Shown piece by piece: positions 13,814-27,669 of a DNA stretch of 64,000 nucleotides (positions are counted from its first letter, which is position 1; the number at the start of each line of letters is the position of its first letter). A model generated the notes under the pieces. The model made no database searches. It was not told the origin of the DNA and worked only from the letters and a program-made list of their open reading frames with translations. The DNA lies in assembly GCA_951406725.2 (NCBI GenBank), contig OX597823.1, positions 58,032,001 through 58,096,000 on the forward strand, given 5' to 3'. Source of the DNA: Octopus vulgaris. Taxonomy: Eukaryota. A program made the position numbers and the translations under genes.

Positions 13814-14206
13814 AGGCGCAGGAGTGGCTGTGTGGTAAGTAGCTTGCTAACCAGCCACATGGTTCCGGGTTCAGTCCCACTGCGTGGCATCTTGGGCAAG
13901 TGTCTTCTGCTATAGCCCCGGGCCAACCAATGCCTTGTGAGTGGATTTGGTAGACGGAAACTGAAAGAAGCCTGTCGTATATATGTATATATATATATAT
14001 ATGTGTGTGTTTGTCCGCCTAGCATTGCTTGACAACCGATGCTGGTGTGTTTATGTCCCCGTTACTTAGCGGTTCGGCAAAATAGACCGATAGAATAAGT
14101 ACTGGGTTTACAAAAAGAATAAGTCTCGGGGTCGAGTTGCTCGATTAAAGGCGGTGCTCCAGCATGGCCGCTGTCAAATGACTGAAACAAGTAAAAGAGT
14201 AAAAGA
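13814..14206 (+). mobile_element. Full-length tRNA-derived SINE, family B
   Basis: aggcgcaggagtggctgtgtggtaag (A box), gggttcagtccc (B box), internal TA/TG tract, tail gtaaaagagtaaaagag. Confidence 0.93.
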
Positions 14207-14349
14207 GAGAGAGAGAGAGAGAATTTGTTTTCTATAGTACAGAAAAGAAAGAACAAATAAACCCAAAACAATATAATATTCATCTTAATTTCTTCAGTAT
14301 TCTCAATGTACTCAAACGTTATACATAATTATGGAGTACAAATAATGAC

Positions 14350-14812
14350 AACATTAGTACTGAAAACCTCTGTAAAATGTATGCTAATCCCCACCCGGAA
14401 AACTCTATTAAAACACTCATCAAAGAAATGGGATATATGATAAAGCGTATGTAGTCGAAGACTTGCTTCTAGACTAAAGGAAATAGCAAGGCCACAAAAT
14501 AGAAATAAATAACTTAGAGATTAACATCCAGGAAATGCCCATAACTTCGATGTCTTTAAAGATAACGTCCTTAATTTAATCAAGGCTATTGTACTCTGAA
14601 GAAGAATCAATACTTTTCTAGATATAATAAGCCGGGATGTATAGTATATAACATATTGTAAATACGTCTAAAATATTTGCTGACAAAACAAAGAACTTAG
14701 AGAAAGAACATAAATATACTCACAATAACTTTTTACACGATAATAATAAAAGCATTTCATTCGCAGAACATCTTATTAATGTAATATATATGTATGTGTG
14801 TGTGTGTGTATG

Positions 14813-14845
<33 letters not shown>

Positions 14846-14862
14846 GTATATATACATATATT

Positions 14863-14910
<48 letters not shown>

Positions 14911-15285
14911 GTATATACATGTATATATGTCTCTCTCTCTCTCTTTCTCTCTCTCTCTATATATATATATATATAAATGAATTAATGGAGAACCACATAT
15001 CAAAGCACTGAAGACTACATGCAAGAATTACAATAATCTGTCCTTTCGAATACCCTCAAAGCTATTGCCATTTCAATCATATGCACAATTTTAATACCCA
15101 CAATTCGATGCAGACAACAATGCATCTGTATACCGTATATATGCAAGAAAAATGCAACAAAAACTTCACATTGTATAGGAGAAGGCTTGACACGGTGACA
15201 TCTAAAACAAAGATAAATGTAGGTTTATTCATTTCGACATGATTTATCATCGGACCCTTAATCACACGTCCCTATTCAGCCCCAC
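14350..15285 (+). mobile_element. Decayed Penelope-like element (Naiad-type), N-terminal/RT part, interrupted by a microsatellite
   Basis: Remnants [38 protein letters not shown] (14673-14699) and KDKCRFIHFD resemble the PLE motifs IKRMRWK, ADKT and FIQFDI. Confidence 0.7.
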
Positions 15286-15289
15286 GTTA

Positions 15290-16575
15290 GCTACTGCAGT
15301 CAGCTTTCCTCTTTGTGTCGAAAATTTGGAAACCCGTGTCTTTTTCGTAATTATTAACTTGAAAATCTGTTAGAGAAGTAATAACCACCTCGATTTCACA
15401 GCTTTAGAGAGAAAAGTTAAGAGGGCCATAGACGAAATCTTTTTCCCCAGACCAAATAATAAAAACGAATAGAAGTCTAATCGGCATCCAATTCACATAA
15501 AAAAATTGACAAAGATACCAAAGTGTGATATCCATAAACAATAACAAGTATTCCAAAGTGTGATATCCATATTATCGTATACGTCAGATCACCTCTTGTC
15601 TTTAATGCGGAAACATGCTGATTAAAAAGATGCAGCCGGATGATTTTCATATTAACAAAAGTATCTGTCATAGCGTCGAAATAAATGTATACCTATTACA
15701 CCAAGCAGATTTTCCAGATATGATGAACTAGGATTTCTAGATATGATACACACATAAGTACAAAAATATCATACGATGCCATACAGAATAGCAAGAATAG
15801 TCGCACATCTGTGGCTTTGAGTGGGTGTTTGTCTCAATAACAGATGTAACACGACAGCATTCATCTTGAACGTAACAGTTAAAACAAACTTTACAATTTA
15901 ATTAAAATCATGCTTAATATAAGACGGCAAAGTTTTTAGTGCTGGATAAAACCCCTGGATGTAATCGTTTAGACACATAATGCACAGAGCTTTGAGTTTA
16001 ATCTTTGACGTCAACTTTGTCTTTAATTCTTTCATGCTCAAAAGAACCAGTCTGGGGTGTTAAATTAGCGGAACCGTTTGAGGGTGTGACAAGATACCTT
16101 GCGGTATCTATTATGGCACTAATGTCTGCGAATGCATTAATGCCTTACTGTATTGACCTAGATAGGATGTCTTTCGTTTCGATAATTATCAGTGCCTTTC
16201 ATCAGTCTGAGAATAATAAACATTGTCCCGCGTCAACTGCCGAGTACAGGACTAAGACCAATTATCAAATGATTACCCGAGATAGCTTCAAATGTTTCTA
16301 CCATAATTTAGTATTCCAAGTTCAAATCTCAATTTGGCCTATATGTGTTTGGGGACACTTAATCTATCGACTAGTTTAACCACCATACACCCTTGAGCTT
16401 CATTAGAAGTGTCCTTTCTTTTATAAATATACGATCCAGGTTTTCAACTTGAGGACAACTTTGTCTTAGCCCTTACCAGTTCTGTAGGTTATGAAGCGTT
16501 ACGAGCATGGCTGTTACAACAGTCCATGCGACAGAGAAAAGGGAAAAATCCTTAAAAGGTGTATAAAGAAATTCT

Positions 16576-16638
<63 letters not shown>

Positions 16639-16664
16639 TTGTATGTATATATATATATGTATGC

Positions 16665-16707
<43 letters not shown>

Positions 16708-16715
16708 TATATGTA

Positions 16716-16764
<49 letters not shown>

Positions 16765-17090
16765 GTGTGTAACCTAGGTGTAATTTGAAAGGCTCGCCTC
16801 TTACATAGATATATAAGTCCGAGTATTTCTATGTGGTATGTTGGATACATTTGTTGTTCGTCTGGCATGTTGAATTTTGTTCACTTCTACTTGTCTTGAT
16901 TATGCCTGCATTGACGAGTGGAAAGTGGGTTACGTACACTAACTATGAAATCATATGATTTGCGGCTGAATCTGTTTTTAAGAGACGATTTCCAGGCTGC
17001 ATTCCCTCGCTGTCGATACCCTGTATATTTATCATGGTAGTTTTGACTTTAAGAGTTCCTCATAGCGTGAGGTATTTACGTGTAGCAATG
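15290..17090 (-). mobile_element. Decayed Penelope-like element, RT to GIY-YIG end, opposite orientation
   Basis: Minus-strand remnants [12 protein letters not shown] (FDVTMG-like), PQVENL, YFDAMTDTF..YENH..SF, HVSALK..YTIIW and FRHK (CRHK-like) occur in the expected order; heavily mutated. Confidence 0.5.
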
Positions 17091-17157
17091 CCCTTAATAT
17101 AATATATATATTCGCATTATATTGGAAAATATCCGTGTGTTTATTATGTAGCAAATA

Positions 17158-17330
17158 TAAGGTGGAGAACTGGCAGAGTTGTTAGCTCTGAGTTCAAGTT
17201 CAGTCGAGGTCGACTCTACCCTTCACCCTTTCGTGGTTGATAAAATAGGTACCAGTAAGGCACTGGGTTCGCTGCAATCGACTTAGCCCCCTCCTTCGAA
17301 GTTGCTGGCCTTGTGCCAGAATTTGAAAGC
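17158..17330 (+). mobile_element. SINE family A, internally deleted
   Basis: aaggtggagaactggcagagttgttagc..ctgagttcaagttc..gaggtcgact..taccagt. Confidence 0.8.
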
Positions 17331-17959
17331 ATTATGCAGAAAATAGATGTGCGTCATATTGAAAAGAAATTATTAGGCGTCTTTATTTGTTCTAAACGGA
17401 ATTAGTTTTCATAGAAAGTGATTAGTTGAAAGGAGTTTAGAGTTCGGACACAAACACATACAAAATATAGCACAAACGTACAAAAATACACTCGTAAAAA
17501 CATACACTCGTAAAAACATACACTCGAACACACATAAACATACGCTCACATATACATACAAGTACTCATTAATATAAAAACGCACACATACACTCCCACT
17601 ATGCACTCAGTCGCTTATACAACAGTATACATGCTTTATAAAATGCACAGACATGATATACACACACATGCATACATGTATGCACATACAAATTTACACA
17701 CAACCGGGCACGCACGCACGCACATACTTAAACACAGTTCTAAACACACATACAAACACGCACGCAAGTACGCGAACGCGTATGCACCCATACAAATACA
17801 GAAAATACGTTTAAACATGCCCACACTTTCGTGAAAACACACACAAAAACGCACACGTAAACAGAAGCTCACAATTGCACACTTAAATACACACACAAAC
17901 ACACATATACACGAATACATACACGCGCAAATACGTAAATACGCACAAACATGTAAACA

Positions 17960-18552
17960 CGCACCCATCACATGAACACATATAAAACATAAACACACTC
18001 ATATATGTACGAACGCATATACACATAAACACAGAAACGCGTTCGCATAATCACGTACAAACATACACAAAAACCACACACACACACATACACACACACA
18101 CACACACACACAAACCACGCACACACAAACCACGCACAAACCACGTGAACACATATATAACATAAACACACATACACACATAAGAATGAACACATATACA
18201 CATAAACACGTAAACACAGAAACGCGTTCGCATAATCACGTACAAACATACGCAAAAACCACACACACACACACACATACACACACACACACACACACAA
18301 ACCACGCACACAACACGTGAACACATATATAAAATAAACACACACACACATAAGAATGAACACATATACGCATAAACACGTAAACACAGAAACGCGTTCG
18401 CATAATCACGTACAAACATACACAACCCCCCCCACACACACACGCATACACACACACACATACATACACAAACACACACACAGCCATACACACACACACA
18501 CAAACACGTAAACACAGAAACGCGTTCGCATAATCACGTACAAACATACACA

Positions 18553-18588
<36 letters not shown>

Positions 18589-18660
18589 TACATATATACA
18601 TACATACACAAACACACACACGCACAGCCATACAAACAGGCGCACAGATACAAACCGGTA
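17960..18660. repeat. CA-rich minisatellite with an identical 40-bp core (4 copies)
   Basis: aaacacagaaacgcgttcgcataatcacgtacaaacatac at 18027, 18212, 18382 and 18510. Confidence 0.9.
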
Positions 18661-19062
18661 CATACAAACAAAAGATGTTTATGACAAACCATTTTCGACG
18701 TTTCTCTGAACATTATTATTAAAGCTACTTTCAGATCTAAATTAGATTATTAAAGCTAACCGTAGATGACTGAAGAACTTGAATACCGTGTATGAAGACA
18801 AAATCATTATGAAGCTGTTGTGACTATAAATGTACTTTGCTTTCTATAAGTAATTTACTTCGGAGTCGGCCTTTCATCTCAACACTAAACAGAAAAGATA
18901 TAAAACCTACCTAGTTTATAGTGATATATAGATACATACACACACTTTCATATATATATATATATATATATACATATATATTTATACAGACACATATACA
19001 TATAGGTATACACACACACACACGCATATATACATACACACATACGCATATATACATACACT

Positions 19063-19129
<67 letters not shown>

Positions 19130-19419
19130 TATGAATGTATATACCTGCGCGTTCACTTTGTTTCTTGATGTATATCGATAACATATGGATATATATTTTA
19201 CTTACAATTTCTTTCGTATAGTGAACGATCGTGGCTATCAAGTACAACATATTGGATTCGTGACACATACTGAATATTTCTCTTGTTGTTGTTGTTGTTG
19301 TTTTTGTTGCTGTTCTCGTTGTTTGACTCTAAATCAGCCCGTCAGTCTTATTCGATATGAAATCATTTTGTCTCACGAAGTCATTTCCTCAGGATCTTTT
19401 CGGTTCCTGTCACAAGATT

Positions 19420-19990
19420 TGGAAAATTTAAAATTAAGGGAAAATTACCAAATTTGGTATATTGATGTTATTTTTTGCACATTGAATCCAACTTTGAGAT
19501 TCATCTATTCCCCACCGTAAAATTTAGGAACATATTACAGAGACTCCAAATTTGAAAATTCTTTTGTCCAGTTAGAAAATATTTTCTACATGATAACTGT
19601 CTTTCACAAAATAACAGACAGAAATAACAGCAGTCACAAAATATGGATTGTTAAAGCTTGTGCTGGTAGTTGCGGTAGTTAAAGGGTATAGTTGTATTAA
19701 GTACACCGTCCTTGTTGCAACGAAAACAGGACAGAATACAACTTTGCTTGTTACTATGGAAACAGATACTAGTGTGGGATTTACGGTCATGTGTATCATG
19801 TTGGCTTCCGAATGGCTAAAATCACGCAAAATTTACAAACTTTAAAAACTATCAATTTTTTATTTATTAATTTATTGCAAAAATAAAATATCGTTTTGAT
19901 TATCAGCATACAAAACTAGATTGGTATGCAAAATTTGAAAACAATTGAAACAAAATTGAAATAGTGCGAAATATTTGACACTTTTTTCTT
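19420..19990. mobile_element. Possible decayed non-autonomous DNA transposon
   Basis: Subterminal-type motifs at both ends (ttttgcacattgaatccaactttgagattc / attatcagcatacaaaactag..tatgcaaaatttga); terminal inverted repeats (TIRs) not resolved. Confidence 0.3.
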
Positions 19991-20929
19991 AAAATATGAT
20001 GACTCAAGAATATCAATGTATCATTCACCTTATTTGAGACGGTAAGGTGTCTGATGAGGGAGACGAGAGAATTTTTAGTGGTAATTCAGGTAGGCATTTA
20101 AAAGTTTCCCCACCTTGTATTTCCAGTTAATGTTATTTCAGCTTAGCTCTAATTGAATAGACATAATCAAGAGACTCTCCGTCGACATAGTGTATCTGGA
20201 CTTACATTAGTCAATGTACCCTGTTTTAAAAATTTTTGGACAGTATTGTAAGATTGTTCTGAAATGGATTTGAAATTAAATCTAGTAGTGAAGAACCAGC
20301 TCCAGAATTCAGGACTTTTGACGACAATGGGGTAATATGTTTGTCACCATAATTCTTAGATTTTCTCTGGATGGGGACAGTATTAAAACGCACTTTTTTC
20401 AGATTTGGTTAAATAGTAGATGGTTCCGTAGTTAAGGTACACAAAACTTGGAAGGATTAGCCTTCTAAGGGGTTTCCCATAAGCCCACCAGTGTGTAGGC
20501 ATGGTGTGATATCACGTAAACCAGACCTCCTCTCTAAGAGTTGAGTAGGTAACATGCTTTAAGGCTAAGCTCGGGAGATGCAACGAGAAGAGTGACCTAA
20601 AGGAAGCGGCAGAAGGCAGAGTGAAACCAGCGCTGCATTTTTCTCAAAAAAAAAAAAAAAATCCTGAATCTTCGAGTTTACAGGACGATAAGGGAATTTA
20701 TGATCATCGACGCCTGTAGACATGGCTTATGAAGAGAGAAAGAGAGAGACAAACAAGAGGAATGATATGAGTCAAGCAACAGCGTAAAAGCTCTTATTCA
20801 CGGAAAGAAAGCAGAAGCGATAAAGTAAAATGGACGAGGGATCTCTCAAAATCAATGCAGCAATTATGTTCCATCCCCGGCTATAGGAGTTTTGGGATAT
20901 TTCTTCAGTGAAAATCAAATATCGGCGAT

Positions 20930-21312
20930 TTTTTATCTTTACTCTTGTATTTGCTTCAGTCTCTAAACTATGGCCATACTGGGGCACAATTTTGATGAAT
21001 TCTTAGTTGAATGAATCAACCCTTATTTTTTTCATAAACATGCTATATCAGTCTCATTTTCTGAGCCTCTAAGTTACGGTGAAATAAATACACCAATACC
21101 AGTTCTCAAGCGCTAGTCAGGGACAAGCACACACACACAAACACAAACACATGTACGACGAGCTTCTTTCCCTTATACCAAATCCACTAGCAAAGCTTCA
21201 CTCAGCCTGGATCGATAGCTGAAAACTCATGCCTAAAGTGCCGCGTAGTGGGACTGAACCCAGAACCATGTGGTCGGGAGGCAAAATTCTTAGCATACAG
21301 CCATACAGGCAC
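20930..21312 (-). mobile_element. SINE family B, diverged
   Basis: gtgccgcgtagtgggactgaacccagaaccatgtgg..cagccatacaggc; tail ttgcttcagtc..tggccatactgggg. Confidence 0.8.
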
Positions 21313-21764
21313 CTTATTATAGGTTTCAGAAACAGTGACAGTAAAAATGTATTGAAAGATCTGCACTTGAAATTTTTCTATGATATCACTGATTTCTCTT
21401 TCGTCTCGCCAATTGGTTGCAACGTTCGCAGGTGTACATCGACAATGAATATGCTTATATATATACATAAGTACATATTACTGTATTTCATACGTTCATA
21501 CTTCTATAAATCTATCAACCTCACTCTCTCTTTCTCATTCTTTCTCTCCTTCTCTCTTTCTTTCACTCTCTCTCTCTATCTATCAATTAAAAAGGAAAAG
21601 TTCCATTATTACTTTATCTCTAGAGTATGAAGTATTTTATCTATAAAAATTACATAGACATATACACGCACACACACAAACGCATACTTACATACGCACG
21701 CATGCACACAAACGCATACACTCATACACATGAACACACACACATATGTATACATTTATATATA

Positions 21765-21950
21765 TAGTTGGAATTTACAAAATTTTATATAAGACGAAGA
21801 TATGTGTGTATAAACCAAATAGGTGTATTAGTTTCACGCTCGGGGAGATGAGAAAGTCTTTTACGTTTCGGGCCTACGCTCTTCAACAGAAAGGAACACG
21901 GGAAAATAAAGAGAGAGAGAGAGAGAGAATAGCGGCCACTAAAGTAGAAG
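21765..21950 (-). mobile_element. Short Penelope-type element with hammerhead-like motif
   Basis: Homologous to 7150-7360; motif at 21858-21893. Confidence 0.65.
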
Positions 21951-21962
21951 TATGTGAAGTAT

Positions 21963-22290
21963 GTGAGAACGCGTGGCTCAGTGGTTAGGGTGTTTGGCTT
22001 ACGGTTGTAGGGTCGTGAGTTCAATTTCCGGCGGAATAAAGTGTCTTTCTCAAGACACTTTATTTCACGTTGCTCCAGTCCACTCAGCTGGCAAAAATTA
22101 GTTGTACCTGTATTTCATAGGGTCGGCCTTGTCATATTCTGTGTCACGCAGAATCTCCTTGAGAACTACGTTAAGGGTACACATGTCTGTGGAATGCTCA
22201 GCCACTTGCACGTTAATTTCACGAGCAGGCTGTTCCATTGATCAGATCAACTGATCAACTGGAACCCTCATCGTCATAACTGACGGAGGG
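21963..22290 (+). mobile_element. SINE family C
   Basis: gcgtggctcagtggttagggtg..gtgagttcaatttcc..gttgctccagtccactcagctggc..ggaaccctcatcgtc. Confidence 0.9.
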
Positions 22291-22339
<49 letters not shown>

Positions 22340-22344
<5 letters not shown>

Positions 22345-22550
22345 TAATCCAAACAAGAAAACACAGAAAAAAACACAGCAACGCGAGGACGTGGAACAAT
22401 TAAAGTATTATTTGACGCTCAGGAAAGAAGGGAAGGAGGGTTTAACGTTTCGAGCGGAGCTCTTCGTCGGAAACAAGGAGAAGGAAAGATCCCAAGAAGG
22501 GAAGACAGAGGAAAAAAATATTTTTGCTGGTGGTGCTCAAGAGATCACAT
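22340..22550 (-). mobile_element. Short Penelope-type element with CCGACGA hammerhead-like motif
   Basis: Embedded in (TA)n; minus strand gttt-ccgacga-a-gagc-tcc-gctc-gaaa-cgtt-aaac at 22440-22474. Confidence 0.6.
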
Positions 22551-22575
22551 GTATATATATATATATATATATATA

Positions 22576-23054
22576 CAGTAATCCCACCGACTGTCGAGGG
22601 TGTTATGCTCCAAACCGCGCCCCCGCAATAGGTGAACATCCGCGAAGTAGAAACAATACTGTACTGCACATTTTTTATAATTATTTTTATAATTTGTTAA
22701 TATTTATTTTATTATAAATGCAAAACAACACCGCACACACGCCTCCCAATATTCGTTTTCCATAGAGTATGTGCAATACTTTGTTTACTCATCTACGGTA
22801 CACTACGTATTTTCTTTTAACATATTTTGATTAATTTGTTATACAGTGCAGTACTGTAATGTATATTTATTTATTAATTTAGGTTTTTTGTAGGTGTGAA
22901 AATGTTTATTTTACCACAAAAATAATTAAAATCTAAAATATATAAATACCTATCTGCTGCGGGAACTTTCGATATCAATTTACATATATTGGCCAGAAAA
23001 GTCCACGATGTAATAAGGGCGTGATAGGTGAACCGCGATATGGTGAGTGATAAT
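22576..23054. mobile_element. pogo/Tigger-type MITE
   Basis: Starts TA|CAGTAATCCCaccgactgtcgaggg; ends ccgcgatatggtgagtgataatata, a degenerate reverse complement; subterminal ataggtgaac repeats. Confidence 0.7.
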
Positions 23055-23062
23055 ATATATAC

Positions 23063-23097
<35 letters not shown>

Positions 23098-23192
23098 CGG
23101 TAAGATAATAGTCTAAGAAGATCTGAAACTCCTCAGATATATATAATTAAAAGTGTATAGCAAAAAGACATTCCTTCTACTTCATTACCGAT

Positions 23193-23218
23193 GTAGCAGC
23201 AGCAGCAGCAGCAGCCGC

Positions 23219-23275
<57 letters not shown>

Positions 23276-23300
23276 TGTTGTTGTTGTTGTTGTTGTTGTA
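23193..23300. repeat. (CAG)/(TAG)/(TTG) compound trinucleotide repeat
   Basis: Direct. Confidence 0.95.
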
Positions 23301-25777
23301 GTTTATTTTCAGTTCAATATTGTTTAAGGAAATATATATATATATATATCACCAAATGCATTCCAACCTTGACCATCTTGTTTCTTTTTTATGCATATTA
23401 TATCCAGTGATACATTGTCTAAGCTATCTTTGCAATTTTGTGGATACAATATTTAGCTTCCATTTCTAGCAATTGAAGCGACCATGCCGAAATGCTCCCA
23501 TTAGTACGTGATGGAAACCTAAAATTTTTATAAGTCAATGATTTGAAATAGCAGATTTGACCTAATTCACGAATGATTTTTCACGTGGATAACATTCACG
23601 TATTTACAATTCACAGATTTTTAAAATCTAAATCGACTGACATTTTCTAACCTTATGTTCTATAAATGATGAAGACAAATGTGATTATGCAGTCAAAGAA
23701 ATGATAACGCTAAGATTCTAAAGAAATACCGTTCTTGTGGTATTTAAGTTAAGCAAACAGTTCAAAGTTTGTTTAAGCGAAACTTACAATGCTGATGTAT
23801 CTGCAGAAAATAGTAAGTCTTTTGCTATTGTTCCGAATAATAGAAGCAAAAACTGGAAATAATATATTGGAGAATATTTGATACGTGTAATCATCAGTAA
23901 GGCACAGTTGCCATTTGGAATTTTAAATTTCACAATGAATAGACTTAGATGTGAGCTCTTGTTTGCATCGTGTTTCAGTTAAAAGAATATATTTACCGAG
24001 ATGATTTCATTAACAATTTTGTTGTTGTAATCTTTCTAATACACACATATCATATAGACGAGAAATAATAAAGGTATTTTTTCTTTTCATTTATTTATCA
24101 AATGCGGTTTTTCAAAAGACTCTTTGCTAACCGCTGAAAGTACTGGCACCAATAAATAACAATAAAACAAATTTTGAAAAACAGACAATAGCACGAAGAA
24201 GAAGAAGACATTTTCCTGACCAGAATATAATATTACAAAAAAATAATATTTCAACTACAGTTATAAATGTAGAACTGAATAGTGACAAAATTTCGTTAGT
24301 GTTAAAGGTATGGACGGAATGAAAATGTTAGTAGCAACAGTAACAGAGATGATGCCGGGGATGTATTAACTCAGAACATATTGCTTACGTTTTACTAAAC
24401 GCTATGTTTCTTAAGGTGGCCGTTGGAAAGTATTACAGCCGTCAAGAAAGAACAGTAACAAAACAGTAAGACTGTGATATACGACCAAAAGCTATCTTAT
24501 ATAGACAACACTAGTGGGAAATGTTGTACGTTTGAGTATAGCGAAATAAATAAAAGTTAATTGTGCAGAGATAACTGTGAAATAATGTCCAGTAGTTTTA
24601 ACACACAGACCACGCTTTCCCATCACACAGCCATCCACTCTATGAAACTACACTCTGATTGTTGGAGAAACTAGTCAAGCATAGATATATTTGGACATTA
24701 CTTAACTATGACATGAAGCAGGAGAAAATACACAAACACAGCGATTGATGAAATAAAACAATGGGTCAGCACCAATGGCTAAATAGCAATGTTCTGAGTT
24801 CCAAAATCAGCTACAATTGCTGCAGTCGTAAATGCATCGTAAAATAAAAACAAATACTGTGAAAGTTTTAAACAAATAAAGTTCTACTTAAATCTTAAGC
24901 ATGCAAATATCGCTAGGTTTTACAACCAGGTGGCGTTAATATAAGCAGATAGAAATGACAAGATACAACACTCTACAGCAACAATACGTCTTTCGTTCGC
25001 GTCTTAAAACCTGAAACGATGTTCATTGGACAAAGAAGAGCTGGGAGAGGATGAGAACCCATTGAAGATTTGCAGTCGGTAGTGAATGGACTTTATAGTA
25101 TAAGAGAAAGTAATATTGTCTGAGTAAAGGAACGGAATATTGACATAGCTATAAACACATACATACGTAAAAGTTACAACAATGATAACAGAATAACTAT
25201 TAACATTGAATGAGTAATAGCGGTTCTCTATTCTAAATTATAACTCTATTAAATACGCTATGTCAATAGACCACATCAGTCAGATACATTCAGCCTGTTT
25301 GATCAGTGGACGGCAACCACACCGTTTGTCCTTACATCGGAATATAAACAACGATGGTAGCAGAAGATCAGTTTTACCTAATAAAACAGAACCACATCGG
25401 TGATAATATTCTTAAGAACACACATGAAGAAGAGAGAGATCCTTTAACAATTCTATACCCTACAGAAGTCTCTTGTAATTCAGACAAACACATCTCAATG
25501 TTCTTTGGTTAGTGTTAACGTGAAAACTTCTGTTTTCATTCCATTTGAAATATATCATGGGCAATTACATACAACTGTCATCTCTCTCAAACACTCATCC
25601 ACACAGCCACCACACTCACGTATTCACCTATGCAAAATATTTGTATATTTCTACACACACAAACACACACACACACACACAAACACACACATATATATGT
25701 TATAAATTAGAACAAACAGTAAAAGGTTGTCCTTATAGTACTGTAAAAATCTGTAAATATATATATATATCATATCT

Positions 25778-25824
<47 letters not shown>

Positions 25825-26159
25825 TCACCTGAGCACCTATATACATGCATGAATGTGTCAAAGCAAGCTTTTGTTTTTCCACTTTTATTTTCTTTATGTA
25901 TAGCTTTACTCAAATATATGCATAAATTTCACACCTTAGTATGTGATATATACATATGTTAGCGTGTATTTACGTGTGTGCGTGTGTATGTGTGTGTTTA
26001 TGTATATATTGCGTATACTTGTAGATATGTTTGTACGTGTGTATATATCACTCTCAAATCTGCGATTCCTTTATGATTTTGAGTAAAGCAATTCACAATT
26101 ATATATGGAAAAAGGAAGTGTCCGTGTGTGTTTATATGTATGAATATATGTATAATATA

Positions 26160-26578
26160 GAGTGGCTGTGTGGTAAGTAGCTTGCTTACCAACCGCATGG
26201 TTCCGGGTTCTTTCCCACTGCGTGGCACCTTCGGCAAGTATCTTCTATAAAGCCTTGTGAATGGATTTGGTAGAGGAAAACTGAAAGAAGCCTGTCGTAT
26301 ATATATATATATACATATATATGTGTGTGTTTGTGTGTGTGTGTGTGTGTTTGTGTTTGTGTGTGTGTATCTTGGTGTGTCTGTATTTGTTCCCCCACCA
26401 TCGCTTCATAACCACAACCGATGTCGGTGTCTCCGTATCTTAGTGGTGCGCTAAAAGTGACCGATAGAATAAGTACTAGGCTTACAAAGAATAAGTCCTG
26501 GGGTAGATTTGCTCGACTAAAGCCGCTGATCCAACATGGTCGCAGTCAAATGACTGAAACGAATAATAGAATAAAAGA
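26160..26578 (+). mobile_element. SINE family B
   Basis: gagtggctgtgtggtaagtagcttgc..cgcagtcaaatgactgaaac. Confidence 0.92.
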
Positions 26579-27189
26579 ATGCATAAACACACACTCGGGC
26601 ATACAAAAGACAGAGATATTCTTATACTAGTTCATTTATAACTGTTATTACGACCCAAGTCCGCAATGCAGTCACTTAACAAACAAATAAATAAATACAT
26701 ACATACATACATACATACATACATACATACATACATACATACAAAAGACTACAGATCCAGGCTAATCGCTGGAACAGTAAAAATCTGTAAAACTTTCCAG
26801 AAGTTTGTCATTTAAATATATATGAGCATGTCTAGATATGCAACTATATGCATGAGAATACATAAAAACAAAAACAAAATCATGCAAATCTGCACATACA
26901 CATACATACAAAAATGTTATTTAAATTCTTTTGAAGGAGCCTTGGATCTAGGTTAGAATCCGGCTCTTTCTGCATTGGCAAGAAATCTTGAAATTAAATT
27001 GAATAATGACATACAAACAAACAAACAAGCAAACAACTTTGAAACATACAACTTCTATATCCGGACTACAAACTTACATTTATACTAATAATTATTAGAG
27101 CACTTGGTTTTGTATGCAAATGCCTAATTCTCAGTCCAGATAAGCTTGGATTTTTATGATTGAAAACAGAAGAGATAGATACATACATG

Positions 27190-27460
27190 GTAAAAGGGAA
27201 AAGACGCCACTTCCACCCTTCGGTCATGAATGAGGATCGGATTGCACCTAGGAATTTACATTCCGAGGCACAAGTCCGGGCAAGGCTGTTTATGGAAGAC
27301 CAGCAGTCGCCCATGCATACCAGCCTCCCCTCTCCACGCCACCGATGTTATCCAAGGGAAAAGCAAAGGCCGATACAACATGGCACCTGTGACGTCGCAA
27401 CTCATTTCTACAGGTGAGTAGAACTGGGGAAACGTGATTGTGAGCCTGACACCATGCGCC
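27190..27460 (-). mobile_element. SINE family D, partial
   Basis: Homologous to 31190-31520 (ggcacaagtccgggcaagg..tatggaagaccagc..catggcacctgtgacgtc). Confidence 0.85.
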
Positions 27461-27542
27461 TTCTCATACAGACATACATGCGTAAATATATACATACATA
27501 TATGTCTCTGTCTGTATGTCTGTCTGTTTCTCTCTCTCCCTC

Positions 27543-27628
<86 letters not shown>

Positions 27629-27669
27629 TGTATGTATGTATGTATGTATGTATGTATGTATATATATAT

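Noticed and set aside
18027-18549. CRISPR-like repeat-spacer look; GAAACGCGT resembling a hammerhead half
   Set aside because: Eukaryotic context, spacers are related low-complexity CA sequence, no cas genes, and no CUGANGA upstream
27160-27417. ORF MEDQQSPMHT.. recurring at 31218
   Set aside because: Antisense reading of SINE family D
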